This document shows, in pieces, positions 1 to 9,001 of a stretch of DNA of 64,000 nucleotides. Numbering within the stretch: position 1 is the first letter of the stretch; every line of letters begins with the position of its first letter. The DNA lies in NCBI GenBank assembly GCA_049324415.1, contig JBMOOS010000042.1:93920-157919 (forward strand). Direction: 5' to 3'. The position numbers and the translations under genes were made by a program. Source of the DNA: Pseudomonadota bacterium. GTDB taxonomy: Bacteria > Pseudomonadota > Alphaproteobacteria > Sphingomonadales > CAKZYD01. Below the pieces are notes generated by a model. It was given only the letters and a program-made list of their open reading frames with translations. It was not told where the DNA came from and ran no database searches.

Positions 1-505
1 GCACCGCCTCATAATGGGCCAGCACCTTGAGGAGCGCCGGGTCGAAGCGGCCGGCGCGATAGCAATCGGTGGCCGAGAGAAATTCATAATCAAAGCCGAA
101 ATCGTCGAGAAAGGCGCGCAGCCGGGCGTTGTTGTGGTGGCCGAAGCTTTCATGGCTGCCGAAGGGGTCGGGCACCTGCGTCAACGGCTTGCCGAGATGG
201 CGCGCCATCATTTCCCTATTGGGCACATTGTCGGGCACCTTGCGCAGGCCGTCCATGTCGTCGGAAAAGCAGACGAGCTTGGTGGGAAGATCGGACAAGA
301 CGGAAAAAGCATGGCGCACCATGGTGGTGCGCACCACCTCGCCGAAGGTGCCGATATGCGGCAAGCCCGACGGGCCATAGCCGGTCTCGAACAGCACATG
401 GCCCTTTTCCGGAGGCTGGCCAGCGAAACGGGCGGTGAGCTTGCGCGCTTCCTCGAACGGCCAGGCCTTGGCGGCAAGGGCCAGCGCCTGCGCGTCTGAC
501 GTCAT
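1..505 (-). CDS. lysK: lysine--tRNA ligase, class I (N-terminal part; gene continues past left edge)
   Basis: Own translation of the minus strand from ATG 505..503: [23 protein letters not shown]...[26 protein letters not shown]...[10 protein letters not shown]. PSGxxHIG is the class-I LysRS HIGH-type motif. Absent from the ORF track because there is no stop inside the window. Confidence 0.85.
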   Translation of the reverse strand, partial: MTSDAQALALAAKAWPFEEARKLTARFAGQPPEKGHVLFETGYGPSGLPHIGTFGEVVRTTMVRHAFSVLSDLPTKLVCFSDDMDGLRKVPDNVPNREMMARHLGKPLTQVPDPFGSHESFGHHNNARLRAFLDDFGFDYEFLSATDCYRAGRFDPALLKVLAHYEAV

Positions 506-622
506 CTCCTGGTCCTTTCCCCGATGCGCTACCGGCGATGGACATAGCGGCCAGCGCCCGGCGGGGCAAGGGGCGTGCGCGGCATGTGGCTTTTCGCGCC
601 GCGCTCCTCTAACTTTACGATC

Positions 623-3406
623 ATGGGTGGTAACCAAAACATTCCCCCCTTAAAGCCCGTTTCCCTGCCGCCTGCCCTGGCCGTCGGCCGGCAGGGGGCG
701 GTGCTGCTGGCGGAAGACGGCGCGGTGGTTGCTTTAAGCCACCGCCTGGCGCGCGAGCGGCTGGCGGCGGCGCCGCATCTCGTCTTGTCGCGGCCACGCT
801 TGCGCCAGATGCTGGGGCTTGACCCCGCGACGGCGTGGGACGTGCTGGAGCTTTACGCCTTTGTCCATCCCGCCCGGCCGCTGGTGCCAACGGCCATGGG
901 CCTTGCCCGCGCTCTCGACTTGCCCGCGCCTCATGGTCTTGAGGGCGAAGCGGCGGTCATCCGCCAGGGGGCGGCGCAGATGCTCGGCCTTTTGCGCGAC
1001 CCTGGCTATGGCTTTGCCGCCGGCGCCCATGAAACGGCGGCGGCGCTTGCCCGCGCTGGCTGGGCCTGGGGGGAAGCGGTGAGCAATGCCTTGCCGCCGC
1101 CCAGCGGGCGCGCCCGCCCCTTGTGGGAGGCGCTGGGCGAATGGGAAAGCCAACCCCCGCCCCCGCCCCCTAAGGAGGTAACGCTCGATCCGGCGATGGT
1201 GACCGCGGCGCTAAAGGCGCTGTTGCCCCCGGACGCGGAGGAGCGGGAAGGGCAAAGAGCCTATGCCCTGGCCGCCGCCTTCGCCTTCGCCCCGCGCGAG
1301 GCGGCGGCGCCCAATGTGGCGCTGGCGGAAGCGGGCACCGGCATCGGCAAGACCCTGGGCTATGTCGCCCCGGCAAGCTTATGGGCGCAAGCGGCGCGCG
1401 GGACGGTGTGGATCGCCACCTATACCAAGGCTCTCCAGCGCCAGATCGACCAGGAGTTGGCCCGTCTCTATCCCAACCCGCGCCAGCGCGCCCGCAACGC
1501 CGTTGTCCGCAAGGGGCGGGAGAATTATCTGTGCCTTCTCAATCTCGAGGAGGCCCTGGCCCAAGCCGGGCTTGGCCTCGGCGGCGACGGGGCGGCGGTG
1601 CTCCTCCATCTGGTGGCGCGCTGGGCGCGTCACAGCCGGGATGGCGATATCATCGGCGGCGATTTTCCCGCCTGGCTCGCCGGGCATTTCCCCACCGCCC
1701 GGCTGGCCGGGCTCACCGACCGGCGCGGCGAGTGCCTTTATTCCGCCTGCCGCCATTATCGCCGCTGCTTCATCGAGAAAAGCCAACGCGCGGCCAGCCG
1801 TGCCCAGCTCGTCATCGCCAACCACGCCTTGGTCATGGTCCATGCCCGCGAGCGCGGGAGCGAGGGCGGCGGCCCTACCCGCTATGTGTTCGACGAGGCC
1901 CATCATCTGTTCGATGCCGCCGACGCCGCCTTTTCCGCCGCCCTCACCGGCGGGGAACTGCGCGAGCTGCGGCGCTGGCTCTTGGGGCCCGAAGGGGCGC
2001 GCCGCCGTGGCCGCGGCCTCGCTGCCCGGATCGACGCCCTCATCAGCGATGATGATGACTTGCGCGCCGCCTTGAACGCGGCCCTCCTGGCCGGGCGCGC
2101 CCTTCCTGGCGATGGCTGGCTTGCCCGGGTGCGCGAGGCAGCGGCGCATGGCCCGGCGGAGGCGTTTCTCGAACGGCTGCGGGCCCAGGTCCTGGCCCGC
2201 GCCCGCGGGCGCGATGGCGACCATGGACTGGAGGTGGAAGCCACCGCCCCCATCGGCGGCCTGGTCGAGGCAGCGCAAGCGCTGCTTGAAGCCCTGGACA
2301 AGCTTTTGCGCCCCTTGGCGACGCTGGCGGCGGGGCTTGCCCGCGCCCTGGAGGACAAGACGGAAAGCCTCGATGGCGACAGCCGTGCGCGCATCGAAGG
2401 CGCCGTGCGCGGCCTGCGCGCCCGCCTCGAAGGCGGGCTTGCCGCCTGGACCGCCATGCTTGCCGGCATTGGCGGCGCCGGGGAAGAAGAAGGCACGGGT
2501 TTCGTCGATTGGTTCGCCATCATCCGTACCGCCGGGCGGGAGATGGAGGTGGGCATGTTCCGCCATCTGATCGACCCTACCTTGCCCTTTGCCCGCTTGG
2601 TGCTGAGCCCGGCGCAAGGGGTGTTGATGACTTCGGCGACCCTGCGCGACAAGGCCCCCAAGGCCAGCATGGAAGAGGGCGCCGACTGGCGCACGGCGGA
2701 AGTGCGCTCGGGCGCCACACATCTTTTATTGCCGCCGCGTCGGACGGCGATCACCTCGCCCTTCGCTTACCCCCGATTGACACGGGTATTTGTCGTCACC
2801 GACGTGGACAAGCGGGAACCGGGGCAGGTGGCGGCCGCCTATCGCGCGCTTTTCTTGGCTGCCGGCGGCGGCGCCTTGGGCCTTTTCACCGCCATCGCCC
2901 GCTTGAAAATGGTGCATGCCCGCCTTGCCGCGCCGCTCGCCAAGGCGGGCCTTGCGCTTTACGCCCAGCATGTGGACCCGATCGATACCGGCACCCTCAT
3001 CGATATCTTCCGGGCCGAGGAAAACGCTTGCCTCCTTGGCACCGACGCGGTGCGCGACGGCATCGACGTGCCAGGCCGGGCCTTGCGCCTCCTCGTCTTC
3101 GACCGGGTGCCCTGGCCGCGCCCCACCATCCTGCACCGCGCCCGCAAGGCCGCCTTCGGGCCGGGCTATGACGATTTGATCGCCCGCCTGCGCCTCACCC
3201 AGGCCTATGGCCGGCTGGTGCGCCGGGCGCATGACAGGGGGGTGTTTGTGATCCTCGACCCAGCGGCGCCATTGCGCCTCTTTTCCGGCCTTCCCGAAGG
3301 GGTTGCCATCACCCGCTTAAGCGTGGCGCAAGCGATTGCCGAGACCCGCGCGTTTCTGAACGATGAGGAAGCGCCCATGCTTGCGCCTGCCGACAAGCTT
3401 GCTTAA
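623..3406 (+). CDS. DinG/XPD(Rad3)-family ATP-dependent DNA helicase with Fe-S domain
   Basis: ORF 575..3406. Walker [18 protein letters not shown] box VFDEAHHL, four Cys spaced C-x66-C-x4-C-x5-C (NYLCLL...[14 protein letters not shown]). ATG 623 (MGGNQ) is preferred over 575, but the start is uncertain. Confidence 0.85.
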   Translation: MGGNQNIPPLKPVSLPPALAVGRQGAVLLAEDGAVVALSHRLARERLAAAPHLVLSRPRLRQMLGLDPATAWDVLELYAFVHPARPLVPTAMGLARALDLPAPHGLEGEAAVIRQGAAQMLGLLRDPGYGFAAGAHETAAALARAGWAWGEAVSNALPPPSGRARPLWEALGEWESQPPPPPPKEVTLDPAMVTAALKALLPPDAEEREGQRAYALAAAFAFAPREAAAPNVALAEAGTGIGKTLGYVAPASLWAQAARGTVWIATYTKALQRQIDQELARLYPNPRQRARNAVVRKGRENYLCLLNLEEALAQAGLGLGGDGAAVLLHLVARWARHSRDGDIIGGDFPAWLAGHFPTARLAGLTDRRGECLYSACRHYRRCFIEKSQRAASRAQLVIANHALVMVHARERGSEGGGPTRYVFDEAHHLFDAADAAFSAALTGGELRELRRWLLGPEGARRRGRGLAARIDALISDDDDLRAALNAALLAGRALPGDGWLARVREAAAHGPAEAFLERLRAQVLARARGRDGDHGLEVEATAPIGGLVEAAQALLEALDKLLRPLATLAAGLARALEDKTESLDGDSRARIEGAVRGLRARLEGGLAAWTAMLAGIGGAGEEEGTGFVDWFAIIRTAGREMEVGMFRHLIDPTLPFARLVLSPAQGVLMTSATLRDKAPKASMEEGADWRTAEVRSGATHLLLPPRRTAITSPFAYPRLTRVFVVTDVDKREPGQVAAAYRALFLAAGGGALGLFTAIARLKMVHARLAAPLAKAGLALYAQHVDPIDTGTLIDIFRAEENACLLGTDAVRDGIDVPGRALRLLVFDRVPWPRPTILHRARKAAFGPGYDDLIARLRLTQAYGRLVRRAHDRGVFVILDPAAPLRLFSGLPEGVAITRLSVAQAIAETRAFLNDEEAPMLAPADKLA

Positions 3407-3445
3407 ACAAAGCCACGCCTCATCACGGAAAAGGAAGCACAATCC

Positions 3446-3871
3446 ATGGCCGAACTCGAATCCGGGTCGATTTCCCCCCACACCGCGCTGATTTACCTGA
3501 TGGTGGTGGTGGCGGGGGTCGACCGCGACCTGTCCGACAGCGAGCTCAAGCGCATCGGCCAGATCGTGCGCAACATGGCGATTTTCGAAGGCTATAATCA
3601 TGAAATGCTGGTGCCGGCGGCGGAGGACTGCGCCCAGATCCTCAACGAGGATGGCGGCCTCGAGGCTGTCCTTGCCCTGGTCTATGGCGCCTTGCCCGAC
3701 CATGTGCTGGAGACTGGCTATGCCATCGCCTGCGATGTCGCCGCCGTCGATGGCGCGCTCAGCCAGGAAGAGCTGCGGGTTCTCGAAATGATCCGTCACA
3801 AATTCCAGATCGACCGCTTGGTGGGGGCGGCGATCGAGCGGGCGACCGCCGTCCGCTATCGCACGCTTTAG
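3446..3871 (+). CDS. TerB-like (tellurite-resistance TerB family) small protein
   Basis: 141 aa with two D-x-x-L/S-x-x-E-L helix repeats (VDRDLSDSELKRIGQIV and VDGALSQEELRVLEMI) typical of the TerB fold. Lies 40 nt downstream of the helicase. Confidence 0.6.
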   Translation: MAELESGSISPHTALIYLMVVVAGVDRDLSDSELKRIGQIVRNMAIFEGYNHEMLVPAAEDCAQILNEDGGLEAVLALVYGALPDHVLETGYAIACDVAAVDGALSQEELRVLEMIRHKFQIDRLVGAAIERATAVRYRTL

Positions 3872-4114
3872 CCCCATCGGCCAGCGCGCCCAGGGTGTGG
3901 GCGCGGCATGCGTGCCTTGTTGGCATAGGATTTGCCGCGCCACGACATATGGGGCGGATAAGAGCCCGTCTTGAAACCGGGAGGCACGCATGGGCGAATG
4001 GATGCTGAGCCATGGGGTGGGCCTTCGCCTTGGCCTTCCTGCCGGTCTTGATGCCGCCCGTGCACTCGACTTTTCCGCCCCCTTCGCCAGCCCGTTCCAG
4101 CGCTGGAGCGGGCC

Positions 4115-4624
4115 ATGAAACGCCTCGGCTTATGGCGTCACGCCAAGTCTTCCTGGGACGACCCTTCCCTTGGTGATATCGATCGCCCGCTCAATGACCG
4201 TGGCAAGCGTGACGCGCCGCGCATGGCGCTGGCCATGGAGGAAATGGGCCTGCACTGGGACCTGGTGCTTTGTTCGCCCGCCCGGCGGGCGTGGCAAAGC
4301 GGCGCGGCCTTGGTGCCGGCCGGGGCTTGCGTTGAACTGGTCCCGGCCCTTTATCTGGCGTCGGCGACAACCCTGGTGGCGCTTATCCACGCCTTGCCGG
4401 ATGGCAAGCAGAGCGTTCTTATCATCGGCCATAATCCCGGGCTTCATGACCTGGCGCAGCGGTTGACGCAAAATGACAGCGGCGCGGCGCGAAAGGCCTT
4501 GGCGATGAAATTTCCCACCGCCGCCCTCGCCGTCATCGCCTGCAAGACCGCGCATTGGTCCGATATCGCCCCTGGACACTGCCAGCTTAGCCATTTCGTG
4601 CGGCCACATGATCTTAAGGGGTAA
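4115..4624 (+). CDS. histidine phosphatase family protein, SixA-like
   Basis: N-terminus MKRLGLWRHAKS (RHxxS catalytic His motif), later IIGHNPG, and ~170 aa size typical of SixA-type phosphohistidine phosphatases. Confidence 0.7.
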   Translation: MKRLGLWRHAKSSWDDPSLGDIDRPLNDRGKRDAPRMALAMEEMGLHWDLVLCSPARRAWQSGAALVPAGACVELVPALYLASATTLVALIHALPDGKQSVLIIGHNPGLHDLAQRLTQNDSGAARKALAMKFPTAALAVIACKTAHWSDIAPGHCQLSHFVRPHDLKG

Positions 4625-5564
4625 CGCCAACCAAGGCCGTGGCGAAGGCGGCGGCGTCAAAGGCCTGTAAGTCATCGATCTTCTCGCCAACGCCGATGGC
4701 CAGGATGGGAAGCCGGTATTTCTCCGCCGCCGCCACCAGCACCCCGCCCCGCGCCGTGCCGTCGAGCTTGGTCATGGCAAGGCCGGTGACCCCCGCCACC
4801 TCGCCAAAGACGGCGATTTGGTTAAGGGCATTCTGCCCCGTCGTCGCGTCAAGGACGAGGAGCACGTCATGGGGCGCTGTCGGGTCCTGCTTGGCAAGGA
4901 CGCGGCGAATCTTGGCCAGCTCGGCCATCAGCGTCGCCTTGTTCTGCAAGCGCCCGGCGGTATCGATGAGAAGGACATCGATGCCTTGCGCCCTGGCCGC
5001 TTCATAGGCGTCATAGGCGAGCCCCGCCGGGTCGCCGCCGACCTTCGCGGGAACGAAGGCGGCGCCGGCGCGGCTTGCCCAAACGCCGAGCTGCTCGATG
5101 GCGGCGGCGCGGAACGTATCGCCCGCGGCCAGCATCACCGACTGCCCATCGTCCTTGAGACGCTTGGCGAGCTTGCCGATGGTGGTGGTCTTGCCGGTGC
5201 CGTTGACCCCGACGATAAGGACCACATGAGGCTTGCCCTTGCCCTTGAAAACCAGCGGCCGGGCGAGCGGCGCCAGGGTTTCGGCCACCACTTCGGCAAG
5301 GGTGGCGCGCACCTCGGCGGCGCTGATCGCCTTATCGAGCCGGCGGGCGGCCAGACGCTCGCACACCCGCGCCGCCGTCGCGACGCCGAGATCGGCGGCG
5401 ATCAGCACCTCTTCCAACTCTTCTAATGCCGTGGCATCGAGCTTGGCCTTGGTGAAAAGGGCGCCGATGCCCTCCGACAGCCGGGCGCTCGACTTGGCAA
5501 GGCCCTGGCGCAGCCGCGCCGCCCAGCTTGGCTTGGCGCGTGGTTGGGATGGGGACTGCGTCAT
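4614..5564 (-). CDS. ftsY: signal recognition particle receptor FtsY
   Basis: SRP GTPase motifs GVNGTGKTTTIGKLA, DTAGRL and TKLDGTARGG. ORF is open to 5798, but GC3 drops upstream, so I start at ATG 5564 (MTQSPSQP). Confidence 0.9.
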   Translation of the reverse strand: MTQSPSQPRAKPSWAARLRQGLAKSSARLSEGIGALFTKAKLDATALEELEEVLIAADLGVATAARVCERLAARRLDKAISAAEVRATLAEVVAETLAPLARPLVFKGKGKPHVVLIVGVNGTGKTTTIGKLAKRLKDDGQSVMLAAGDTFRAAAIEQLGVWASRAGAAFVPAKVGGDPAGLAYDAYEAARAQGIDVLLIDTAGRLQNKATLMAELAKIRRVLAKQDPTAPHDVLLVLDATTGQNALNQIAVFGEVAGVTGLAMTKLDGTARGGVLVAAAEKYRLPILAIGVGEKIDDLQAFDAAAFATALVGVTP

Positions 5565-6004
5565 GATCTGTCCACTATCGTCCGCTTGCTGATCAATGGC
5601 GGCCACGCCCAAGGCGGCGCCGGCGCAACTCAACACCAATGGAACGGGAATGACAAGCAAGGGGTGGTATTTTTCCCCGCCCCCCGGGTCTTTTGCACAG
5701 GACGCCGAAACGAAAAAACCGCGTGACGGCGCTGACGCCTGGCCGCAGACAAGGGCGACAATGCCAAGCCAGTCCCTTCTGCCGCTGCGTCTTGCCATAA
5801 CCCATCCCTGCCCCGCGCCCTAAAATCATGACCAAGAAATAGCCTTCCCGCCGTGCCATATTGAAGCGCGGCTGTCGGCCTGCTTGACAGTCGGCCTTGA
5901 GGCCTTGCCAGCGTTAATGGTTAATATTTCGTAAATTCAAGCGCTTCCCATCTTTGGCATCACCCTTGCCTTGTAAATATGCAAAAGGCGGAGGGAGAAA
6001 AGAC

Positions 6005-6112
6005 ATGTTGCGCATGCTGGGTCTGGTTTGTTGCGTCGCGGTATTAGGCATTGCCATGGCGCAGGCCAATGCGCCGGTGCGTCCGTCAAGCCAAGTGGCG
6101 ACGGTTCACTAG
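6005..6112 (+). CDS. hypothetical small secreted peptide (35 codons)
   Basis: ATG 6005 is preceded by GGAGGGAG (5990s). Translation is MLRMLGLVCCVAVLGIAMAQANAPVRPSSQVATVH, i.e. hydrophobic core plus an AMA-Q cleavage-like site. A strong terminator follows 110 nt downstream. Too short for the ORF track. Confidence 0.35.
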   Translation: MLRMLGLVCCVAVLGIAMAQANAPVRPSSQVATVH

Positions 6113-6221
6113 TGTTCTTGCGAATGGTTAAGTTCGCTTGCGAGCGCGCCCCAATAATGGAACGAACTTCAAATCCAGAACCACATTAGCTTCACCACCC
6201 GAGGCGTGAAGGCTGGGGCGT

Positions 6222-6257
6222 GGGCGCGGAGGGCGTTCCCTCCGCGCCCGTTTTTTC
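6222..6257 (+). terminator. Rho-independent terminator
   Basis: Perfect 12-bp GC stem GGGCGCGGAGGG / CCCTCCGCGCCC with loop CGTT, followed by G TTTTTT. Confidence 0.65.
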
Positions 6258-6352
6258 GCGGTTGCTTCTCCCCCCTTATCGCTGGCTGACAGGCGGGTTG
6301 TGACGCGCTAAGCTGGCGCGGCAAAATCAAAACATAAACAAGGACCCCCGCC

Positions 6353-8017
6353 ATGTCCGCCCCCCGCCCCCAGCCTCTTTTCACCACCCATGAGGTGACC
6401 AACCAGCCGCCGCCGCTCCTCGACTATAATCTTTTCACCAGCGACGCCGCGCTCGGCGCCGCCCTGGCGGCGGCGCGCAAGGCCCCGGACTGGGCAGCGC
6501 TGCAAGCCTATGGCGCCGTCTTGGGGGCGGCCGAAACCCTCCAGGCGGCGGAGGACGCCAACCGCCATGTCCCGGAACTCAAGACCCACGACCGCTATGG
6601 TCACCGCATCGACGAAGTCAGCTTTCATCCCGCCTATCACCACATGATGGGTTTGGGGGTTGCCCACCGCCAGCCGTCAATGGCCTGGATCGATGCCCCC
6701 GGCGCCGGTCATGTCGCCCATTGCGCGCTGGAGTTTCTCATGCACCAGGTGGAGCCGGGGGTCTGCTGTCCCCTTTCCATGACCTATGCCGGGGTGCCGG
6801 CGCTCAAGCACGAGCCGATGGTTGCCGAGGAATGGCTGCCCCGTCTCCTCAGCGACCGATATGACCCCGCCTTTCGCCCGGCGGCGGAAAAGGCCGGCGC
6901 CACCATGGGCATGGCGATGACGGAAAAGCAGGGCGGCTCCGACGTGCGCGCCAACACCACGCAGGCCAAGGCGCTTGACGCGCGCCGCGATGAATTCACG
7001 CTCATCGGCCATAAATGGTTCTGCTCGGCGCCCATGTGCGATGCTTTCCTGACCCTCGCCTACAGCGACAAAGGCCTCACCTGCTTCCTGGTGCCGCGCT
7101 GGACGCCCGAGGGCAAGCGCAACCGCATCTTCATCCAGCGCCTCAAGGACAAGCTGGGCAACCGCGCCAACGCCTCCTCGGAAATCGAATATCACGGCAC
7201 CTGGGCGCGCCGGGTGGGGGAAGAAGGGCGCGGCGTTGCCACCATCATCGACATGGTCCATCACACGCGGCTCGATTGCGCCGTCGGCTCGGCCTCGCTG
7301 ATGCGCGCCGCCTTGGTCCAGGCGGTACACCATTGCCGCCACCGCCGGGTGTTTCAGAAGACGCTTATCGATCAGCCGCTGATGCAAAATGTCCTTGCCG
7401 ACCTGGCGCTCGAGGTGGAGGCGGCGACCCTGCTCGCCTTCCACGTCGCCGACGCCTTCGACGCCAGTGACGACGATCCCGCTGTCCGTGGCTATGCCCG
7501 CCTCGCCGTCGCCATCGCCAAATACTGGCTGGGCAAGCGGGCGCCCAATTTCGTCTACGAGGCGATGGAGTGCCTGGGCGGCGGCGGCTATGTCGAGGAA
7601 GCGCCGATGGCCCGCCTCTATCGCGAGGCGCCGCTCAATTCCATCTGGGAAGGCTCGGGCAACGTCATTTGCCTCGATATCCTGCGCACCTTGGAAAAGG
7701 AGCCGCACGCGCTGGCCGCGCTGATGAGCGGGCTTGACGCCATGCGCGGCGGCGATGCCGTGTTCGATGCCACGCTCGACGATGTGACGGCGTCGATCAA
7801 AGCCCCCCAGGCCATGCATCTGGGCGCCCGCCGTCTGGTCGAGCGCTTGGCGCTTCTCCTGCAAAGCGCGCTGATGCTGCGCCACGCGCCGCCCCCGGTG
7901 GCCGACGCTTTCCTCGCCAGCCGCCTCCATGGCGACTGGGGCAGGGTCTATGGCACCTTGCCGTCGGGGCTGGCGTTAAGGGCCATCATCGAGCGCGCCT
8001 TGGCCCCTGCCGGTTAG
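6353..8017 (+). CDS. acyl-CoA dehydrogenase family protein, AidB-like
   Basis: 554 aa. The N-terminal extension before the ACAD core, GGSD nucleotide-contact motif (TEKQGGSDV), WEGSGNV and C-terminal helical domain resemble AidB-type ACADs. Confidence 0.75.
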   Translation: MSAPRPQPLFTTHEVTNQPPPLLDYNLFTSDAALGAALAAARKAPDWAALQAYGAVLGAAETLQAAEDANRHVPELKTHDRYGHRIDEVSFHPAYHHMMGLGVAHRQPSMAWIDAPGAGHVAHCALEFLMHQVEPGVCCPLSMTYAGVPALKHEPMVAEEWLPRLLSDRYDPAFRPAAEKAGATMGMAMTEKQGGSDVRANTTQAKALDARRDEFTLIGHKWFCSAPMCDAFLTLAYSDKGLTCFLVPRWTPEGKRNRIFIQRLKDKLGNRANASSEIEYHGTWARRVGEEGRGVATIIDMVHHTRLDCAVGSASLMRAALVQAVHHCRHRRVFQKTLIDQPLMQNVLADLALEVEAATLLAFHVADAFDASDDDPAVRGYARLAVAIAKYWLGKRAPNFVYEAMECLGGGGYVEEAPMARLYREAPLNSIWEGSGNVICLDILRTLEKEPHALAALMSGLDAMRGGDAVFDATLDDVTASIKAPQAMHLGARRLVERLALLLQSALMLRHAPPPVADAFLASRLHGDWGRVYGTLPSGLALRAIIERALAPAG

Positions 8018-8020
8018 GCG

Positions 8021-8911
8021 ATGAACCCGAAGGCTCCGCCCGGGCGCGGCTTCACGCGCGGCATATTCTACATGGTCTTGTCCTGCGTCGCCTTTGCCGG
8101 GCTGTGGGCGCTCATCCGGATTACCGCGGCGGACGTGAGTTTTACCCTCATGGTATTCTACCGCAATCTATTCGGCGCCTTGTTCCTTGTTCCCATGCTG
8201 TGGCGCAGCGATTTTTCCCTGTTGCGCACCGCCCGGCCGCTGGGCCATGGCCTGCGCGCCACCTCCGGGCTCATCGCCACCTACGCCACCTTCTTTGCCA
8301 TCGCCGCGGCGCCGCTCGCCGATGTCGTCGCCATCAGCTACGCTGCGCCCCTGTTCGCGACGCTCGCCGCTGCCTTTTTGTTGGGCGAGCGCATTCGCGT
8401 CCGGCGCATCGCCGCGGTCAGCATCGGCCTTGCCGGCATGCTGCTGGTCTTGCGGCCAGGCGACGAAACATTGACCGCCGGCCATTGGGCGGCGCTTGGC
8501 GCGGCGCTCGCCGTCGCGGTCTCGCTCTTGATGATCAAGCAGCTCACCCGCTCCGAGGACCCGCGCACGGTGGTGACCTATTCCTTCGTCCTCATGCTGC
8601 CCATAAGCTTCGTCATCGCCTTGCCCTTCTGGCGGTGGCCTTCGCCTCGCGAGCTGGGGCTGCTCGCCGCCATCGGCCTTGTCGCCAGCATTGGCCAGAT
8701 GTTTCTGGCCCGCAGCTTTGCCGCCGCCGAGGCGAGCGCCGTCCTGCCCTTCGACTTTATCCGCTTGGTGCTGGCGACCGCCCTTGGCGCCTGGCTGTTC
8801 GGCGAGCGCCTCGATGGCCTCACCATCCTGGGCGCAAGCGTCATTCTTCTCGCCACCGTCTATCTTGCCCATCGCGAAGCGGTGTTGGCGCGGCGCGCGC
8901 ATGATAAATGA
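8021..8911 (+). CDS. DMT superfamily (EamA-like) transporter
   Basis: 296 aa with ~10 hydrophobic segments in two similar halves. Starts 3 nt after the upstream gene. Confidence 0.7.
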   Translation: MNPKAPPGRGFTRGIFYMVLSCVAFAGLWALIRITAADVSFTLMVFYRNLFGALFLVPMLWRSDFSLLRTARPLGHGLRATSGLIATYATFFAIAAAPLADVVAISYAAPLFATLAAAFLLGERIRVRRIAAVSIGLAGMLLVLRPGDETLTAGHWAALGAALAVAVSLLMIKQLTRSEDPRTVVTYSFVLMLPISFVIALPFWRWPSPRELGLLAAIGLVASIGQMFLARSFAAAEASAVLPFDFIRLVLATALGAWLFGERLDGLTILGASVILLATVYLAHREAVLARRAHDK

Positions 8912-9001
8912 CGGCGCGGGCCGACAGTCCGCGCTTGGGTTGTCTCTTTAAGGTCAAAGCTTGGGCTTGACGAGGGCGTGTAAGGAGCGCACTTCTAGTC
9001 C

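Noticed and set aside
5565-5798. 78-codon N-terminal extension of ftsY (ORF open to 5798) containing a hydrophobic stretch that could be a membrane anchor.
   Set aside because: Third-position GC drops well below that of the rest of the gene, and the 317-aa form from ATG 5564 matches typical alphaproteobacterial FtsY length. It cannot be excluded without proteomics.
5921-5935. TTAA-N7-TAAA, a near CtrA-box (TTAA-N7-TTAA), in the ftsY upstream spacer.
   Set aside because: It has one mismatch in a short degenerate motif within AT-rich DNA, so the chance expectation is high. The organism's CtrA regulon is unknown.
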